From positions 11,587-75,586 of the forward strand of contig JBFWRS010000001.1 in assembly GCA_050248795.1 (NCBI GenBank): a DNA stretch of 64,000 nt, read 5' to 3'. The stretch comes from Burkholderiales bacterium (lineage in GTDB: Bacteria > Pseudomonadota > Gammaproteobacteria > Burkholderiales > SG8-39). Each line of letters opens with the position of its first letter. Within the stretch, counting starts at the first letter, position 1. Of the stretch, positions 1 to 10,771 are shown one piece after another. Below the pieces are notes generated by a model. That model was given only the letters and a program-made list of their open reading frames with translations, was not told the origin of the DNA and ran no database searches. A program made the translations under genes and the position numbers.

Positions 1-914
1 GCCGCGATGGCCGCGAGGAAGGCGAGGAACTGCTCGCGCGCCATTCGGGCGACGCCGACAAGCCGAGGATACTTTCCACCTTCAACGAGCCGATCTCGGA
101 CTGGCTGTCGTTCTACTGCTTCACCTATTTCACCGATCGGGATGGCAAGTACCAGTTGAAGAGCCTTGCCGAGTCCGCGTTCGACCCGCTGTCGCGCACC
201 TGCAGGTTCATGCTCACCGAGGAAGCGCACCACATGTTCGTCGGCGAAACCGGCATCGGTCGCGTCGTCAGGCGCACGCTGGAAGCGATGAACGAACTGG
301 GCACCGACGACATCGCCGCGCTGCGCCGTGCGGGCGTGGTGGACCTGCCGCTGCTGCAGAAGTACCTGAACTTCTGGTGCTCGTCGTCGCTGGACCTGTT
401 CGGCAACGAGATTTCGTCCAACTCGGCATCCAACTTCGCCAACGGGCTGAAGGGCCGGCCCGACGAGGAGAGCTACCAGGACCACGTGCTGCGCGAAGCG
501 CAGTTCCGCATGGACACGCCGGAGGGCGCGCAGGAAGTACCGATGCTGAACGCGCTGAACGAAGTGATGCGCGAGTCCTACCTCAAGGACTGCGAGATCG
601 GGCTGCGACGCTGGAACCGCGCCATCGAACGCGCCGGGCATGCCGACCTGAAGCTCACGCTGCCTTCCAGCCGGTTCCGCCGCAGCATCGGCACCTGGGT
701 GAACCAGCCGGTGGATCCGTCAGGCAGGATGCTGTCGCGCGAGGAATACGCGGCACGGCTTGGCGACTGGGTCCCGAACGAGGTGGACCGCGCATACGTG
801 CGCTCGCTGATGCAGCGCGTCGCGGAGCCCGGAAAAGTCGCCGGCTGGGTCGCGCCGCCCGATCGCGGCATCAACAACCTGCCGGTAGACTACGAGTATG
901 TGAAGCTGCACTAG
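1..914 (+). CDS. boxB: benzoyl-CoA 2,3-epoxidase (oxygenase) subunit BoxB, C-terminal part; 5' end lies outside the window
   Basis: Frame of ORF 156..914 stays open to the window edge. The translation ...FTYFTDRDGKYQLKSLAESAFDPLSRTCRFMLTEEAHHMFVGETG... includes the EExH di-iron helix, and the overall wording is what I recognise from BoxB. Confidence 0.75.
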   Translation, partial: RDGREEGEELLARHSGDADKPRILSTFNEPISDWLSFYCFTYFTDRDGKYQLKSLAESAFDPLSRTCRFMLTEEAHHMFVGETGIGRVVRRTLEAMNELGTDDIAALRRAGVVDLPLLQKYLNFWCSSSLDLFGNEISSNSASNFANGLKGRPDEESYQDHVLREAQFRMDTPEGAQEVPMLNALNEVMRESYLKDCEIGLRRWNRAIERAGHADLKLTLPSSRFRRSIGTWVNQPVDPSGRMLSREEYAARLGDWVPNEVDRAYVRSLMQRVAEPGKVAGWVAPPDRGINNLPVDYEYVKLH

Positions 915-942
915 CCCGGCGCCACACGCTCAAGGAGGGGGA

Positions 943-2679
943 ATGGCCGCGCTGCACTCTGACCTGCGCTTCGCACCCGCGCGCGTCGATGTCGAGAAAC
1001 GCGCCGACGGAGCGCTGCTGCTGCGCTCCCCGCACGCCCTGGGCGGGCATGCCCGCTGCATCGGCGAATGGCTGGAGCACTGGGCGGACAAGGCGCCGGA
1101 CCGCGTGTTCCTCGCCGAGCGCGCGGGTGATGCCTGGCGCGAAGTCAGCTACCGCGACGCGCTGGATGCCGCACGCCGCATAGGCCAGTCGCTGCTCGAG
1201 CGCGGCCTCGGGCAGGATCGGCCGGTGGCAGTGCTGTCGGACAACGGCGTCGACCATGCCCTGCTGATGCTCGGTGCGATGCACGCCGGGGTCGCCTACG
1301 CGCCGGTTTCGCCGGCGTACTCGCTGATGAGCCAGGACCACGCCAAGCTCAGGCACATCTTCGAGTTGCTGCGCCCCGGTCTGGTCTACGTCTCCGACCC
1401 CGCCCGTTTCGCGCCGGCGCTCGCCGCGGTGAAGGCCACGCCGGTGCCGATCGCTGAACTGCTCGCCGCCACGCCGGACGACCGGATTGCCGACGCCTAT
1501 GCCCGGGTCACGCCCGACAGCATCGCCAAGATCCTGTTCACTTCCGGCTCCACCGGCATGCCCAAGGGCGTGATCAATACCCACCGCATGCTCTGTGCCA
1601 ACCAGGAGATGCTGGCGGTCGGCTGGCCCTGGGTGGCGGACAAGCCGCCCGTGCTCGTCGACTGGCTGCCGTGGAACCATACCTTCGGCGGCAACCACGA
1701 CTTCAACCTGGTGCTGCGCAATGGCGGCACGCTGTACGTGGACGGCGGCAAGCCGATGCCCGGCCTGATCGAGACCACGGTCAGGAACCTGAAGGAAGTC
1801 TCGCCCACCCAGTACTACAACGTGCCGCGCGGCTTCGACCTGCTGATGCCTTACCTAGAGAGCGACGCGGAACTGCGGCAGAGCTTCTTCCGCAGGCTCG
1901 ACATCGTGTTCTACGCCGGGGCGGCGCTGCCGCAGAACCTGTGGGAGCGCTTCGAGAAGCTGGTGGTCGCGGAAAAAGGCGGCAAGCTGGCGATGCTGTC
2001 CGCGTGGGGATCGACCGAGACCTCGCCGCTCGCCACGCAGGTGCACTTCCCCATCCAGCGCGCCGGCATCATCGGCCTGCCGGTCGCCGGCTGCGAGCTG
2101 AAGCTGGTGCCTACGGGAGGCAAGCTCGAGGTACGCGTGAAGGGACCCCACGTCACGCCCGGGTACTGGAAGCGCGACGATCTCACCCGCGCGGCCTTCG
2201 ACGAAGAAGGCTACTACCTCATCGGTGACGCGGTGAAGTTCGCCGACCCGGCGGATCCGGCGCAGGGCATCGTCTTCGACGGACGCGTCGCCGAGGATTT
2301 CAAGCTCAGCACCGGAACCTGGGTAAGCGTCGGCACGGTGCGCGTCAACCTGATCGCGGCCGGCAACCCGCTGATCCAGGACGCCGTGATCACCGGCCAC
2401 GACCGCAACGACATCGGCGCGCTGGTCTTCCTCAGCGCAGCGGCGAAGGACCTGCCGCGCGACGAGATCCGCGCCAGGCTGCAGCAGGCGCTCGCCGCCA
2501 CGGCGGGCGCGGGCAGTTCCACGCACCCGACGCGCCTGCTGGTGCTTGATTCTCCGCCCTCGATCGACGCCGGCGAGATCACCGACAAGGGCTACATCAA
2601 CCAGCGCGCGGTGCTGGAGAACCGCGCGGCACTGGTGGAAAAGCTCCATGCCGGCGAAGCCGGTGTGCTATTTCCTTGA
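943..2679 (+). CDS. AMP-dependent acyl-CoA synthetase/ligase (feruloyl-CoA-synthase-like)
   Basis: 578-aa ORF starting 28 nt after the boxB stop. AMP-binding signature [11 protein letters not shown] and a later GYWKRDD motif. Confidence 0.85.
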   Translation: MAALHSDLRFAPARVDVEKRADGALLLRSPHALGGHARCIGEWLEHWADKAPDRVFLAERAGDAWREVSYRDALDAARRIGQSLLERGLGQDRPVAVLSDNGVDHALLMLGAMHAGVAYAPVSPAYSLMSQDHAKLRHIFELLRPGLVYVSDPARFAPALAAVKATPVPIAELLAATPDDRIADAYARVTPDSIAKILFTSGSTGMPKGVINTHRMLCANQEMLAVGWPWVADKPPVLVDWLPWNHTFGGNHDFNLVLRNGGTLYVDGGKPMPGLIETTVRNLKEVSPTQYYNVPRGFDLLMPYLESDAELRQSFFRRLDIVFYAGAALPQNLWERFEKLVVAEKGGKLAMLSAWGSTETSPLATQVHFPIQRAGIIGLPVAGCELKLVPTGGKLEVRVKGPHVTPGYWKRDDLTRAAFDEEGYYLIGDAVKFADPADPAQGIVFDGRVAEDFKLSTGTWVSVGTVRVNLIAAGNPLIQDAVITGHDRNDIGALVFLSAAAKDLPRDEIRARLQQALAATAGAGSSTHPTRLLVLDSPPSIDAGEITDKGYINQRAVLENRAALVEKLHAGEAGVLFP

Positions 2680-3552
2680 GCCCATCAGGATTACCGCGCC
2701 GATGACGATGAAGGCCCCGAGCACCTGCAGCGGCTTCACGCTCTGCCCCAGGATCGCCCAGCCCATGAACAGCAGCGCGATCGGCTCGAAGTTGAGTGCG
2801 GCGGTATAGCGCGACACGCCCGGCATCGGCTGCACCGTGAACACCGCGGTAAGCGCCAGTCCGTACAGCAGGCTCATCAGTGCAAGGCTCGCCCAGCCCG
2901 TGGTGCTCGCGGGCAGCGAGAAGCTCACGCCCCCAAGCGCCGCGGCAAGCATCACCACGGCGGTCACGCTGACGGTGAGGAAAGTCCGCATGCGCCCGTC
3001 CACGTCCTGCAGCCAGCGGCCGGTTAGATAGAGCGCGAGCGCATAGGACACCGCGGCCCCGAGGCCGAATGTCACGCCGACGCCGATGTCCTGCCAGCGT
3101 CCGGCAAGATCGGCGCCCACCAGGTCCAGCGCGAGGCCGAGCCCGAACAGCGCGAGGAACATCGCGGCGACGATGCGCGCGCTCGGCCGCTTGCCGTCCA
3201 GCACCCACGCCAGGATCGCGAGCAGCACCGGGAAGGCATTGAACGCGAGCAGCGCCAGCGCGACCGGAATCCGCGCCACCGCGGAGAAGATGCAGAAACT
3301 CTGCGCGCAGATGAGCAGCCCGATGACAAGGCCGCGTGCCAGGGTGCCTCCGCGCAGCGACATCCTGACGCCGCCCAGGCGCATCAGCATGAACAGCAGC
3401 ACCGCCGTGACGCCCGCCCTGGCGAAGACCGCGGTCGCGACGCTCGCGCCATGTTCGAAGCTGATGCGCGCGGCGATATGGTTGGCGCCGAACACCGTGG
3501 CGATGACGAGCAATATCAGTACTGCGGTTCGCGGCGACAGCGTTGATTTCAT
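2668..3552 (-). CDS. DMT-superfamily (EamA-like) transporter
   Basis: 294 aa, almost entirely hydrophobic helices arranged as two similar halves. This is typical EamA/RhaT wording. Confidence 0.8.
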   Translation of the reverse strand: MKSTLSPRTAVLILLVIATVFGANHIAARISFEHGASVATAVFARAGVTAVLLFMLMRLGGVRMSLRGGTLARGLVIGLLICAQSFCIFSAVARIPVALALLAFNAFPVLLAILAWVLDGKRPSARIVAAMFLALFGLGLALDLVGADLAGRWQDIGVGVTFGLGAAVSYALALYLTGRWLQDVDGRMRTFLTVSVTAVVMLAAALGGVSFSLPASTTGWASLALMSLLYGLALTAVFTVQPMPGVSRYTAALNFEPIALLFMGWAILGQSVKPLQVLGAFIVIGAVILMGSRK

Positions 3553-3577
3553 CCGTCGATTCTGTCAGATTGGGGCC

Positions 3578-4174
3578 ATGGAAAACCTTGCCCGATTCAG
3601 GAGTTTCATTCAGGACGTGACGCGCCTTGCCGAGCGCCACGGTGGCGACGAGCCCCGCATGCTGGACGAAGGCGCGCGACTGCTCTCGTCGCTCGTGTCT
3701 ACGGACGACTGGCTGCCGGACGCCTTCGCCGTGCCGTCCGACGAGTCCTATCGCCAGTACCTGCTGTACTGCGACCCGCTGGAGCGCTTCTCTGCGGTGA
3801 GCTTCGTCTGGCAGCCCGGACAGAAGACGCCGGTGCACGACCACACCGTCTGGGGCCTGGTCGGCGTGATGCGCGGCGCGGAACTCTGCCAGGAATACGC
3901 CGATGCGGTCGCGGGCAAGCCGATGAACCAGACCGGCGAGCACCTGGTGAATCCGGGCGACGTGGACCGCGTATCGCCACGCATCGGCGACATTCATGTG
4001 GTGTCGAACGTCGGCGCGAAGACCGCCGTCAGCATCCATGTCTACGGCGGCAACATCGGCGCGGTGCGCCGCCACGTCTTCGATGCCGCCAGCGGGGCAC
4101 CCAGGGAATTCATCTCGGGCTACCACAACAGCGTGCTGCCCAATCCCTGGGACCGTTCGAAGGAATCCCGCTAG
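3578..4174 (+). CDS. cysteine-dioxygenase-like cupin protein
   Basis: Internal ATG at 3578 within track ORF 3086..4174; the upstream part of that ORF is antisense to the DMT gene. Motifs VWQPGQKTPVHDHTVWGLVGVMRG and IGDIHVVSN are typical of bacterial CDO-type cupins. Confidence 0.7.
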   Translation: MENLARFRSFIQDVTRLAERHGGDEPRMLDEGARLLSSLVSTDDWLPDAFAVPSDESYRQYLLYCDPLERFSAVSFVWQPGQKTPVHDHTVWGLVGVMRGAELCQEYADAVAGKPMNQTGEHLVNPGDVDRVSPRIGDIHVVSNVGAKTAVSIHVYGGNIGAVRRHVFDAASGAPREFISGYHNSVLPNPWDRSKESR

Positions 4175-4219
4175 AAAGGGCCGCGGCGCAGCGGTACGCA
4201 GCCAGCGGCGCGTGCCCGG

Positions 4220-4876
4220 CTACCTGGCGCCGCGCGACCTCAGCATCGCCGCCAGCGGCTGGTTGCGCGCCGCTTCGGCCATCGCCAGCGCGGTCACGCC
4301 GCTGGCGCTCTGCGCATTCACGTCGGCGCCGGCATCGATCAGAAGCTCGGCCACTTCCACGCGCGCGTAGAGCGCTGCGGTGTGCAGCGGCGTCGTACCC
4401 ATCCGCGTCCTGCTGTTGACGTCCGCACCGCGCGACAACAGCAGATCGATCATCGGCATGCGGCCCCGCATCACCGCGTAGTGCAGCACCGACGCGCCGG
4501 CACCCGGATCCTTCGCCTCGATGTCTGCGCCCTGCTCGATCAGCTTCAGGGCGGCGGTGTAGTCGCCCTTGGCGATGAATTCGTGCAGGCTGCCGGAGGT
4601 CGCCCGGGCGGAAGGCGAAGGCTTCACCGGCTGCGCCTGCACCTCTGCCCGCTCGGACGGGACAGTTCGCGTCTCCACCGGCGCCGGCGCCGCCGGAGGC
4701 GCGGGCTCGGCGGCAGGCGCCGGCTCCTCGGTGAATATGCGGTTGAAGAATCCGCGCAGCCGATCGAGTACGCCCGGTTCCTGCGCCGCCTGGGCGAAAG
4801 CGGGTGCGGCCACCGACACCGACAATGCCACCGCAATCAGTCGCAGAAAACCCATGCCGCCTCCCGCGGTCATCAT
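4220..4876 (-). CDS. secreted ankyrin-repeat protein
   Basis: C-terminal part of track ORF 4220..6118. Signal-like MGFLRLIAVALSVSVAAPAFAQ, a Pro/Ala-rich linker, then ankyrin repeats (SVLHYAVMRGRMPMIDLLLSRGADVNSRTRMGTTPLHTAA...). Start could be 4876, 4873 or 4855. Confidence 0.8.
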   Translation of the reverse strand: MMTAGGGMGFLRLIAVALSVSVAAPAFAQAAQEPGVLDRLRGFFNRIFTEEPAPAAEPAPPAAPAPVETRTVPSERAEVQAQPVKPSPSARATSGSLHEFIAKGDYTAALKLIEQGADIEAKDPGAGASVLHYAVMRGRMPMIDLLLSRGADVNSRTRMGTTPLHTAALYARVEVAELLIDAGADVNAQSASGVTALAMAEAARNQPLAAMLRSRGAR

Positions 4877-6066
4877 ACCGCCCTGCGTCGGGCGGCGCCC
4901 AGCAGCGCGGCGAGCATCAACGCCGCCACCAGCCAACCCAGGTGCGGCAGCCACGGCAGCAACGCCTTTGCCGGCGCTTGCGCGGCGACGCCTGTCGCGA
5001 ACGCGCCCACGCGCAGGAAGGCTGCAAGCGCCAGTACCGCGAACATGCTGCCGAGCAGCGCGCCCTCGCGTCGCGACCTGCCGAATGCAATCGCCGCCGA
5101 ATAGCTCGCCATGCTCATCGCGCCCCAGCACCCGCCGGCAAGGAACTGCGCGGTGCTCAATGCAGCCAATCCTGGCGCGAGCACGCTCGCCAGCGTGGCG
5201 ATCGCCCCCAGCGCGGCCGCCGCAGTCATTACCGCCACCGGCCCGTGCCGCGCGACCAGCCCGGACGCGGGAAACATCATGACGTTGAAGCCGATCCAGA
5301 ATATCGGCATCAGGTAGGGCAGTTCCGCAGGCGAGGCATAGCGCAGGTACTGGCCGGCGGAATTGAGCGCGAAATGGACCTGGAAGCCGAGCGCCATCAG
5401 CACCAGCGCGGCGAAGAACACGTACACCAGCCTGCGTCCCTCGGCCGAATCGAAGTCGAACGGCGGCTCCGATTCGCCGGCCGGCTGCGGCGCCGCGCCG
5501 GCGAGCCTGCGCTCGACCCACACCAGGCCTCCGACCGTGGCGAGCAGCGTCAGGCTGGACAATGCGAACGGAATGCGCGGGTCGATGTTGCGCAGCGTCA
5601 CCCCGAGGTAGGGACCGATCGCACCCGCAATCGCGGTGCCGGTCAGCACCAATGCCGACAGCCGCGGCACGCTGGGCCTGGCGGCGTAACGTCCTAGCAG
5701 CGCCCAGGTCGGCGAGCGCAGCGCGGAGGATGTCACCGCCCAGACCGCGATCAGCGCGAGCAGCACTGCAGGCGAGCCGCCGGCGAACGGCAGCACGAAG
5801 AAGGCTGCGCACGACACCGCGGTGACTGCCAGGATCCAGCCGCCGATGCGCGCGAGCCCGCGGCGCACGCGGTCCACCCAGAACCCGGTTAGCACGTCGG
5901 CGAGCGCGAACACCAGCTGGTCGGCGACGATGATCCAGGGCACCCATTCCTTCGCGATGCCTGCCTTCGCCGCCAGTTGCGGCAGGTAGATGACGTAGAT
6001 GGTCCAGGTCGTCGCGAACAGGAACTGGACAACGCCGAGGTAGATCGCGGCCGAGCGCGGCACCAT
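4873..6066 (-). CDS. MFS transporter
   Basis: 397 aa with about 12 hydrophobic segments and MFS-like loop motifs. Confidence 0.8.
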   Translation of the reverse strand: MVPRSAAIYLGVVQFLFATTWTIYVIYLPQLAAKAGIAKEWVPWIIVADQLVFALADVLTGFWVDRVRRGLARIGGWILAVTAVSCAAFFVLPFAGGSPAVLLALIAVWAVTSSALRSPTWALLGRYAARPSVPRLSALVLTGTAIAGAIGPYLGVTLRNIDPRIPFALSSLTLLATVGGLVWVERRLAGAAPQPAGESEPPFDFDSAEGRRLVYVFFAALVLMALGFQVHFALNSAGQYLRYASPAELPYLMPIFWIGFNVMMFPASGLVARHGPVAVMTAAAALGAIATLASVLAPGLAALSTAQFLAGGCWGAMSMASYSAAIAFGRSRREGALLGSMFAVLALAAFLRVGAFATGVAAQAPAKALLPWLPHLGWLVAALMLAALLGAARRRAV

Positions 6067-6071
6067 CCCGG

Positions 6072-6467
6072 TCAGGGCTTGAACTGCGGATCCACCGGAA
6101 AGCGCAGGCCGTTGGCAAGGCGGTTGGTCTCGTTGGCGAGGCCCACCACAGCCATCAGCTCCATGAACATGGCGTCGCTCATGCCTTTCCTGCGCGCCGA
6201 GGCCGTGTGCGAATACGTGCAGTACTCGCAGTTGTTGGTCGCGCTTACCGCGACGTAGACCATCTCCTTCACCAGCGGGTCGAGCGCACCCGGCGCCATC
6301 ACCTGCCTGACGTGGTCCCAGGTGCGCCTCAGCATCGCCGGATCATTCGCCAGCGCCTTCCAGAAGTTGTTGACCCAGTCCGTGTTCCGGGCCTGCATGA
6401 TCTCGTCGTAGACCGCGCGCACTTCGGGCGGCGCCTCGGCATACTCCACCAGTTTCACCAGCGACAT
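6072..6467 (-). CDS. carboxymuconolactone decarboxylase (AhpD-like) family protein
   Basis: 131 aa with the family redox motif NNCEYCTYSH (CxxC...H). Confidence 0.85.
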   Translation of the reverse strand: MSLVKLVEYAEAPPEVRAVYDEIMQARNTDWVNNFWKALANDPAMLRRTWDHVRQVMAPGALDPLVKEMVYVAVSATNNCEYCTYSHTASARRKGMSDAMFMELMAVVGLANETNRLANGLRFPVDPQFKP

Positions 6468-6499
6468 GGGATTTTCCTCCGTTGGGTAATAATAGCGCC

Positions 6500-6970
6500 A
6501 TGCTGCTGAAAGGCTCCTGCCACTGCGGGGCGGTGCGCTTCAGTCTGAAGTCCTCGACGCCCTGCCCGTACATGCATTGCTACTGCTCGATCTGCCGCAA
6601 GACAGCAGGGGGCGGCGGGTGCGCGATCAACATCATGGGCGACGCTCGGACCCTCAAGGTATGGGGAAGCAGCAACGTCGCGACGTACCGGGCGAGAATC
6701 GACGGCAAGCGCTCGCCCGCGCGGCGGAACTTCTGCCGCAAGTGCGGGTCAGCTTTGTGGGTAAGCGATCCGCGCTGGGCACAGTGGGTGTATCCGTTCG
6801 CCTCGGCCATCGATACCAGCCTGCCGGTGCCGCGCGAGCGCCAGCACATCTTCCTCGGCTCGAAGCCGGCCTGGGTGAAGCTGGCCGCAGGCGCGAAGGA
6901 CAGGCGGTTTCGCGCCTACCCGCGCGAATCCATCGCCGACTGGCACGAGAAGAGAGGTTTGCTGAAATGA
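6500..6970 (+). CDS. GFA (glutathione-dependent formaldehyde-activating-like) family zinc protein
   Basis: Starts [14 protein letters not shown], followed by CYCSICRK and CRKCGS cysteine clusters. ATG at 6500. Confidence 0.75.
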   Translation: MLLKGSCHCGAVRFSLKSSTPCPYMHCYCSICRKTAGGGGCAINIMGDARTLKVWGSSNVATYRARIDGKRSPARRNFCRKCGSALWVSDPRWAQWVYPFASAIDTSLPVPRERQHIFLGSKPAWVKLAAGAKDRRFRAYPRESIADWHEKRGLLK

Positions 6971-7509
6971 AGTTCCTGTTCGACCTGTTTCCGGTAATCC
7001 TCTTCTTCGCCGCGTTCAAGGTATGGGACATCTACGTCGCCACCGCGGTCGCGATAGCGGCCACCTTCGCACAGGTGGGCTGGCTCAAGCTGAGGAAGCG
7101 CCGGGTCGAGCCGATGCTGTGGGCGACGCTCGCCATCATCGTCGTGTTCGGCGGCGCGACGCTGTTGCTCCGCGACGAGCTGTTCATCAAGTGGAAGCCG
7201 ACCGTGCTGTACTGGCTCTTTGCCGCGGTGCTGGCCGTCGCGATGCTGGCGTGGAAGAAGAACCTGATCCGCAGCATGCTCGGGGCGCAGCTCAAGGTGC
7301 CGGAGCATGTCTGGACGACCCTGCTGTGGAGCTGGACCGGGTTCTTCGTCGCGATGGGCGTGCTGAACCTCGTCGTCGCGTTCAACTTCTCCACCGACCT
7401 GTGGGTCAGCTTCAAGCTCTTCGGCGGCATGGGGCTGATGCTTGCGTTCGTCATCGCGCAGGCGCTTTACATGTCGCGCTATATCGAAGAGGAAGGCAGC
7501 AAGCCATGA
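6967..7509 (+). CDS. yciB: intracellular septation protein A (YciB/IspZ)
   Basis: Starts [33 protein letters not shown], with 5 hydrophobic helices. ATGA overlap with the upstream stop. Confidence 0.85.
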   Translation: MKFLFDLFPVILFFAAFKVWDIYVATAVAIAATFAQVGWLKLRKRRVEPMLWATLAIIVVFGGATLLLRDELFIKWKPTVLYWLFAAVLAVAMLAWKKNLIRSMLGAQLKVPEHVWTTLLWSWTGFFVAMGVLNLVVAFNFSTDLWVSFKLFGGMGLMLAFVIAQALYMSRYIEEEGSKP

Positions 7510-7778
7510 ACTACGATGCCCGCATCCGCGAACGGCTGTCCGTGCTGGCGCCGCTCAGGCTGGAGCTTATCGACGAAAGCGAGAAGCACCGTGGTCATGC
7601 CGGCTGGAAGGAAGGCGGCGGCACGCACTGGCAGCTCGCCATCGTCGCCGCCGCATTCGACGGCAAGCCTACCGTCGCACGGCACCGCATGATCTACCAG
7701 GCGCTCGGCGATCTGATGGACACGCCGATCCACGCGCTTTCCATCCGCGCGCTGGCGCCCGGGGAAAACGGCGCATAA
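7506..7778 (+). CDS. BolA family protein
   Basis: 90 aa with [15 protein letters not shown]...[27 protein letters not shown], typical BolA wording. ATGA overlap with yciB. Confidence 0.85.
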   Translation: MNYDARIRERLSVLAPLRLELIDESEKHRGHAGWKEGGGTHWQLAIVAAAFDGKPTVARHRMIYQALGDLMDTPIHALSIRALAPGENGA

Positions 7779-7822
7779 TGCCGCCCGCATTCAACCCGCG
7801 CAGTAAAATCGAAAGGACAGTA

Positions 7823-8650
7823 ATGAAGCTCTCCCACCTTGCCCTGGCCGTTGCGCTCTGCCTGCCGCTGGCGGCAACCGCGCAGCCGACGCTGCCGACC
7901 AAGGCGCCCGCCAGACCCGCGGCCCCCACGGTGAAGGATCCGGTCGCGACCGTGAACGGCGTGGCGATCCCGAAGGCGCGCTCGGATGCGCTGGTGCGCC
8001 AGCAGGCGCAGCGCGGGCAGGCCGACTCCGCGGACCTGCGCGGCGCGGTCCGCGAGGAACTCATCAATCGCGAGATCCTCGCGCAGGAAGCCGCGCGCGC
8101 CGGCATCAGCAAGCGGCCGGAAGTCCAGGCGCAGATCGACGCCGTGCGCCAGGAGATCGTCGTCGGCACCTTCGTGAACGACTGGCTGCGCAAGAACCCG
8201 GTCACCGATGCCGAGGTGCAGAGCGAGTATGAACGCGTCAAAGGCGCCTCCGGCGACAGGGAATACAAGGCCAGGCACATCCTGGTGAAATCCGAAGACC
8301 AGGCGAAGTCGCTGATCGCCGACCTGAAGAAGGGCTCGAAATTCGAGGACCTCGCGAAGCAGCACTCCGAGGACACCGGGTCGAAGCCGCGCGGCGGCGA
8401 CCTCGACTGGAACGTGCCCGGCACCTTCGTCAAGGAGTTCGCCGAAGCGCTGGTAAAACTCGAGAAAGGCAAGGTCACCGAGGCACCGGTGAAGTCGCAG
8501 TACGGCTTTCATGTGATCCGGCTGGATGACGTGCGTCAGGCGCAGTTCCCGCCGCTGGCGCAGGTGAAGGGACAGATCCAGAAGCAGATCCAGCAGCAGA
8601 AGCTGCAGGCCTACGTCACCCAACTGCGCGCCAAGGCAAAAGTCGAGTAA
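7823..8650 (+). CDS. periplasmic PpiC/parvulin-type peptidyl-prolyl isomerase
   Basis: Signal peptide MKLSHLALAVALCLPLAATAQ and a parvulin core YKARHILVKSEDQAKSLI...FEDLAKQHSED...GGDLDW...SQYGFHVIRL. Confidence 0.85.
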   Translation: MKLSHLALAVALCLPLAATAQPTLPTKAPARPAAPTVKDPVATVNGVAIPKARSDALVRQQAQRGQADSADLRGAVREELINREILAQEAARAGISKRPEVQAQIDAVRQEIVVGTFVNDWLRKNPVTDAEVQSEYERVKGASGDREYKARHILVKSEDQAKSLIADLKKGSKFEDLAKQHSEDTGSKPRGGDLDWNVPGTFVKEFAEALVKLEKGKVTEAPVKSQYGFHVIRLDDVRQAQFPPLAQVKGQIQKQIQQQKLQAYVTQLRAKAKVE

Positions 8651-8688
8651 GTCAGCGGCAAGGCAGGCGGCGCCGGGAAGGAGCATTC

Positions 8689-9090
8689 ATGGCAATTCCC
8701 TGGCTGGTGGTACTGCAGAATGTGCCCTGGGCGGAAGTAGTGAAGAACGCGCCCAAGGTAGCCGATGGGGCGAAGAAGCTGTGGAACGCGGTCGGCAGGA
8801 AGTCGCCGATCGAAGAGCCGGCGCAGGCCGCGACAGCCGCCGATGCCACTGCCGAGGCGCAGAGCGTCCCTGCGCTCTTCGCCCGTGTCGCCGCGCTGGA
8901 GTCGTCCATGGCCAAGCTGCACGAACAGATGCTGGCCTCCTCGGAACTGATCAAGAGCCTGGCCGACCAGAACACGCAACTGGTTGCGCGCATCGAGGCC
9001 AATCGCACCCGGGTCGCCTGGCTGACCGCCGCCACCGTGGTGTTCGCGCTCCTGGCCATCCTCGGCCTTGGCCTGGCGCTGCTGCGCTGA
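8689..9090 (+). CDS. hypothetical protein with coiled-coil and C-terminal membrane anchor
   Basis: 133-aa ORF with plausible codon usage and a C-terminal hydrophobic WLTAATVVFALLAILGLGLALL. I recognise no family. Confidence 0.5.
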   Translation: MAIPWLVVLQNVPWAEVVKNAPKVADGAKKLWNAVGRKSPIEEPAQAATAADATAEAQSVPALFARVAALESSMAKLHEQMLASSELIKSLADQNTQLVARIEANRTRVAWLTAATVVFALLAILGLGLALLR

Positions 9091-9136
9091 GGTTGGCCCG
9101 GGGTATGCTGTAAGGAATGCCTGCCGGACCCGACCC

Positions 9137-9730
9137 ATGGCCATGATGAGAACGCTCCTGCTCGCCTCGCTGCTCGCCTTCGCCTCGGGCAGCGCATTCC
9201 CCCAGGCCACGGCCAAGGCAACCTTCGCCGGCGGCTGCTTCTGGTGCGTGGAGGAAGCCTTCGACAAGGTGCCTGGTGTGGTCGCCACCACCTCCGGCTA
9301 TATCGGCGGCAAGAAGGACAACCCGACCTACGAACAGGTGTCGACCGGGCGCACCGGGCACACCGAGGCGGTCGAGGTGGTGTTCGATGCGAAGAAAGTC
9401 AGCTACGAGCAACTGCTCGAGGTGTTCTGGAAGAACCACGACCCGACCTTCCTCGATCGCCAGTTCTGCGACCTCGGCGACCAGTACCGGCCGTCGATCT
9501 TCTGGCACGACGAGGCGCAGCGAAAGCTCGCGGAGGCGTCCAAGGCGCGCGTGGAGAAGACGAAGAAATTCAGCCGCAAGGTGGTGACCCCGATCGTCCA
9601 GGCGACGAAGTTCTGGCCCGCGGAGGAATACCATCAGGACTACCACCTGAAGAATCCAGCGCGCTACAAGTTCTACGCGGTGAACTGCGGCCGCTACTCG
9701 CGGCTCGCGGACCTGTGGGGCAAGAACTAG
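9137..9730 (+). CDS. msrA: peptide-methionine (S)-S-oxide reductase MsrA (secreted form)
   Basis: Signal peptide followed by the catalytic GGCFWCVE motif and GHTEAVEVVFD. Confidence 0.9.
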   Translation: MAMMRTLLLASLLAFASGSAFPQATAKATFAGGCFWCVEEAFDKVPGVVATTSGYIGGKKDNPTYEQVSTGRTGHTEAVEVVFDAKKVSYEQLLEVFWKNHDPTFLDRQFCDLGDQYRPSIFWHDEAQRKLAEASKARVEKTKKFSRKVVTPIVQATKFWPAEEYHQDYHLKNPARYKFYAVNCGRYSRLADLWGKN

Positions 9731-9739
9731 GCGGCCTGG

Positions 9740-10732
9740 CTAATCGGCGTAGCGCCCCAGCCTGACCATCGTGGTGCCGGGCTTGAGGTGGATCAGGGAC
9801 GGCATCACCATCACGCATTCGTCGTAAGGCGTCGACCACACCACGTCGCCGTCGGTGGCGACGACCGAACCCGCCTTCGGTATCACCTCCAGCCCTGCCC
9901 AGGGCCTGGCGAAGCGGAAGTCCATGGTCTTCGCAACCACCGCTTCGGTAACGCGAATGACGCGCTGGGGCGTCACCGGCTCCAGCCGCAACCTCGACTG
10001 TGCCCAGGACTCATCGACCGCGCCGGTGACCGCAAGGAACCGCAGCGCGGTGTCGATCGCGACGTCGGCGGAGCGCCTCTCCCAGTGGTGACCGCACTCG
10101 ATCAGCACTGCCCTCTTCGGGCTGCCGGGATCGCCGAAGCCGCCGCGCTCGATCATGCGCAGGCCGGCGGGATGCCCGGTGTCCAGCAGCAGCGCACGCG
10201 GCACGCCGATCTGGCGGGCGAACGCCGCGTTCTTGTCCACGGTGCCGCAGACCATGATCGGCTCGCACGGTTCGTGCATCGAGTGCAGATCCAGCAGCAG
10301 GTCGGCAGCATCGACGAACGGCCGCAGTTGCCTGGCGCGACGCAGCTCGACCGAGTCGCGCGGCCCGTCGAGCACCGTGTCTGACCAGACGCGATTGTAG
10401 TCCTCGTCGACATAGCGCGAGCGGTCGGGATCGTCGTAGTCGAAGCGCTCGAACGCAGCAATGTTGGCGAAGCTGAGTGTCAGCTTTCCCTGCCGGGGCG
10501 TGACGCCCTCGCGCATCAGGTAATCGATCGCGATGGCGCCGCAGATTTCGTTGCCGTGCGTCAATGCCTGGATCATCACGTTCGGCCCGGGCTTGCCCGA
10601 GTCGAGCACGTGCACGTAGTCCACGCCGGTGTTTCCCGCCTTGTAGGGCGCGATGTCCGGCGGGCTCAGTTCGATCCTGTACTGGGTGGACACGGCGTTC
10701 TCGCTCGATCGGGAGGCGGAAGAATAGCCCAA
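9740..10732 (-). CDS. succinylglutamate desuccinylase/aspartoacylase (M14-like) family zinc hydrolase
   Basis: [10 protein letters not shown] (HxxE zinc ligands) and LDLHSMHEP. Confidence 0.75.
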   Translation of the reverse strand: MGYSSASRSSENAVSTQYRIELSPPDIAPYKAGNTGVDYVHVLDSGKPGPNVMIQALTHGNEICGAIAIDYLMREGVTPRQGKLTLSFANIAAFERFDYDDPDRSRYVDEDYNRVWSDTVLDGPRDSVELRRARQLRPFVDAADLLLDLHSMHEPCEPIMVCGTVDKNAAFARQIGVPRALLLDTGHPAGLRMIERGGFGDPGSPKRAVLIECGHHWERRSADVAIDTALRFLAVTGAVDESWAQSRLRLEPVTPQRVIRVTEAVVAKTMDFRFARPWAGLEVIPKAGSVVATDGDVVWSTPYDECVMVMPSLIHLKPGTTMVRLGRYAD

Positions 10733-10771
10733 CTCGGCTATAGTGCTCGCCGGTCAAACGGAGGGTTCGCC

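Noticed and set aside
2597-4126. 509-aa minus-strand ORF
   Set aside because: It runs antisense or out of frame to the well-supported DMT transporter and cupin genes, with a low-complexity Arg/Ala/Gly-rich translation.
4220-6118. 632-aa minus-strand ORF as a single protein
   Set aside because: Only the last 219 codons (the ankyrin protein) are credible. The upstream part overlaps the MFS transporter in another frame.
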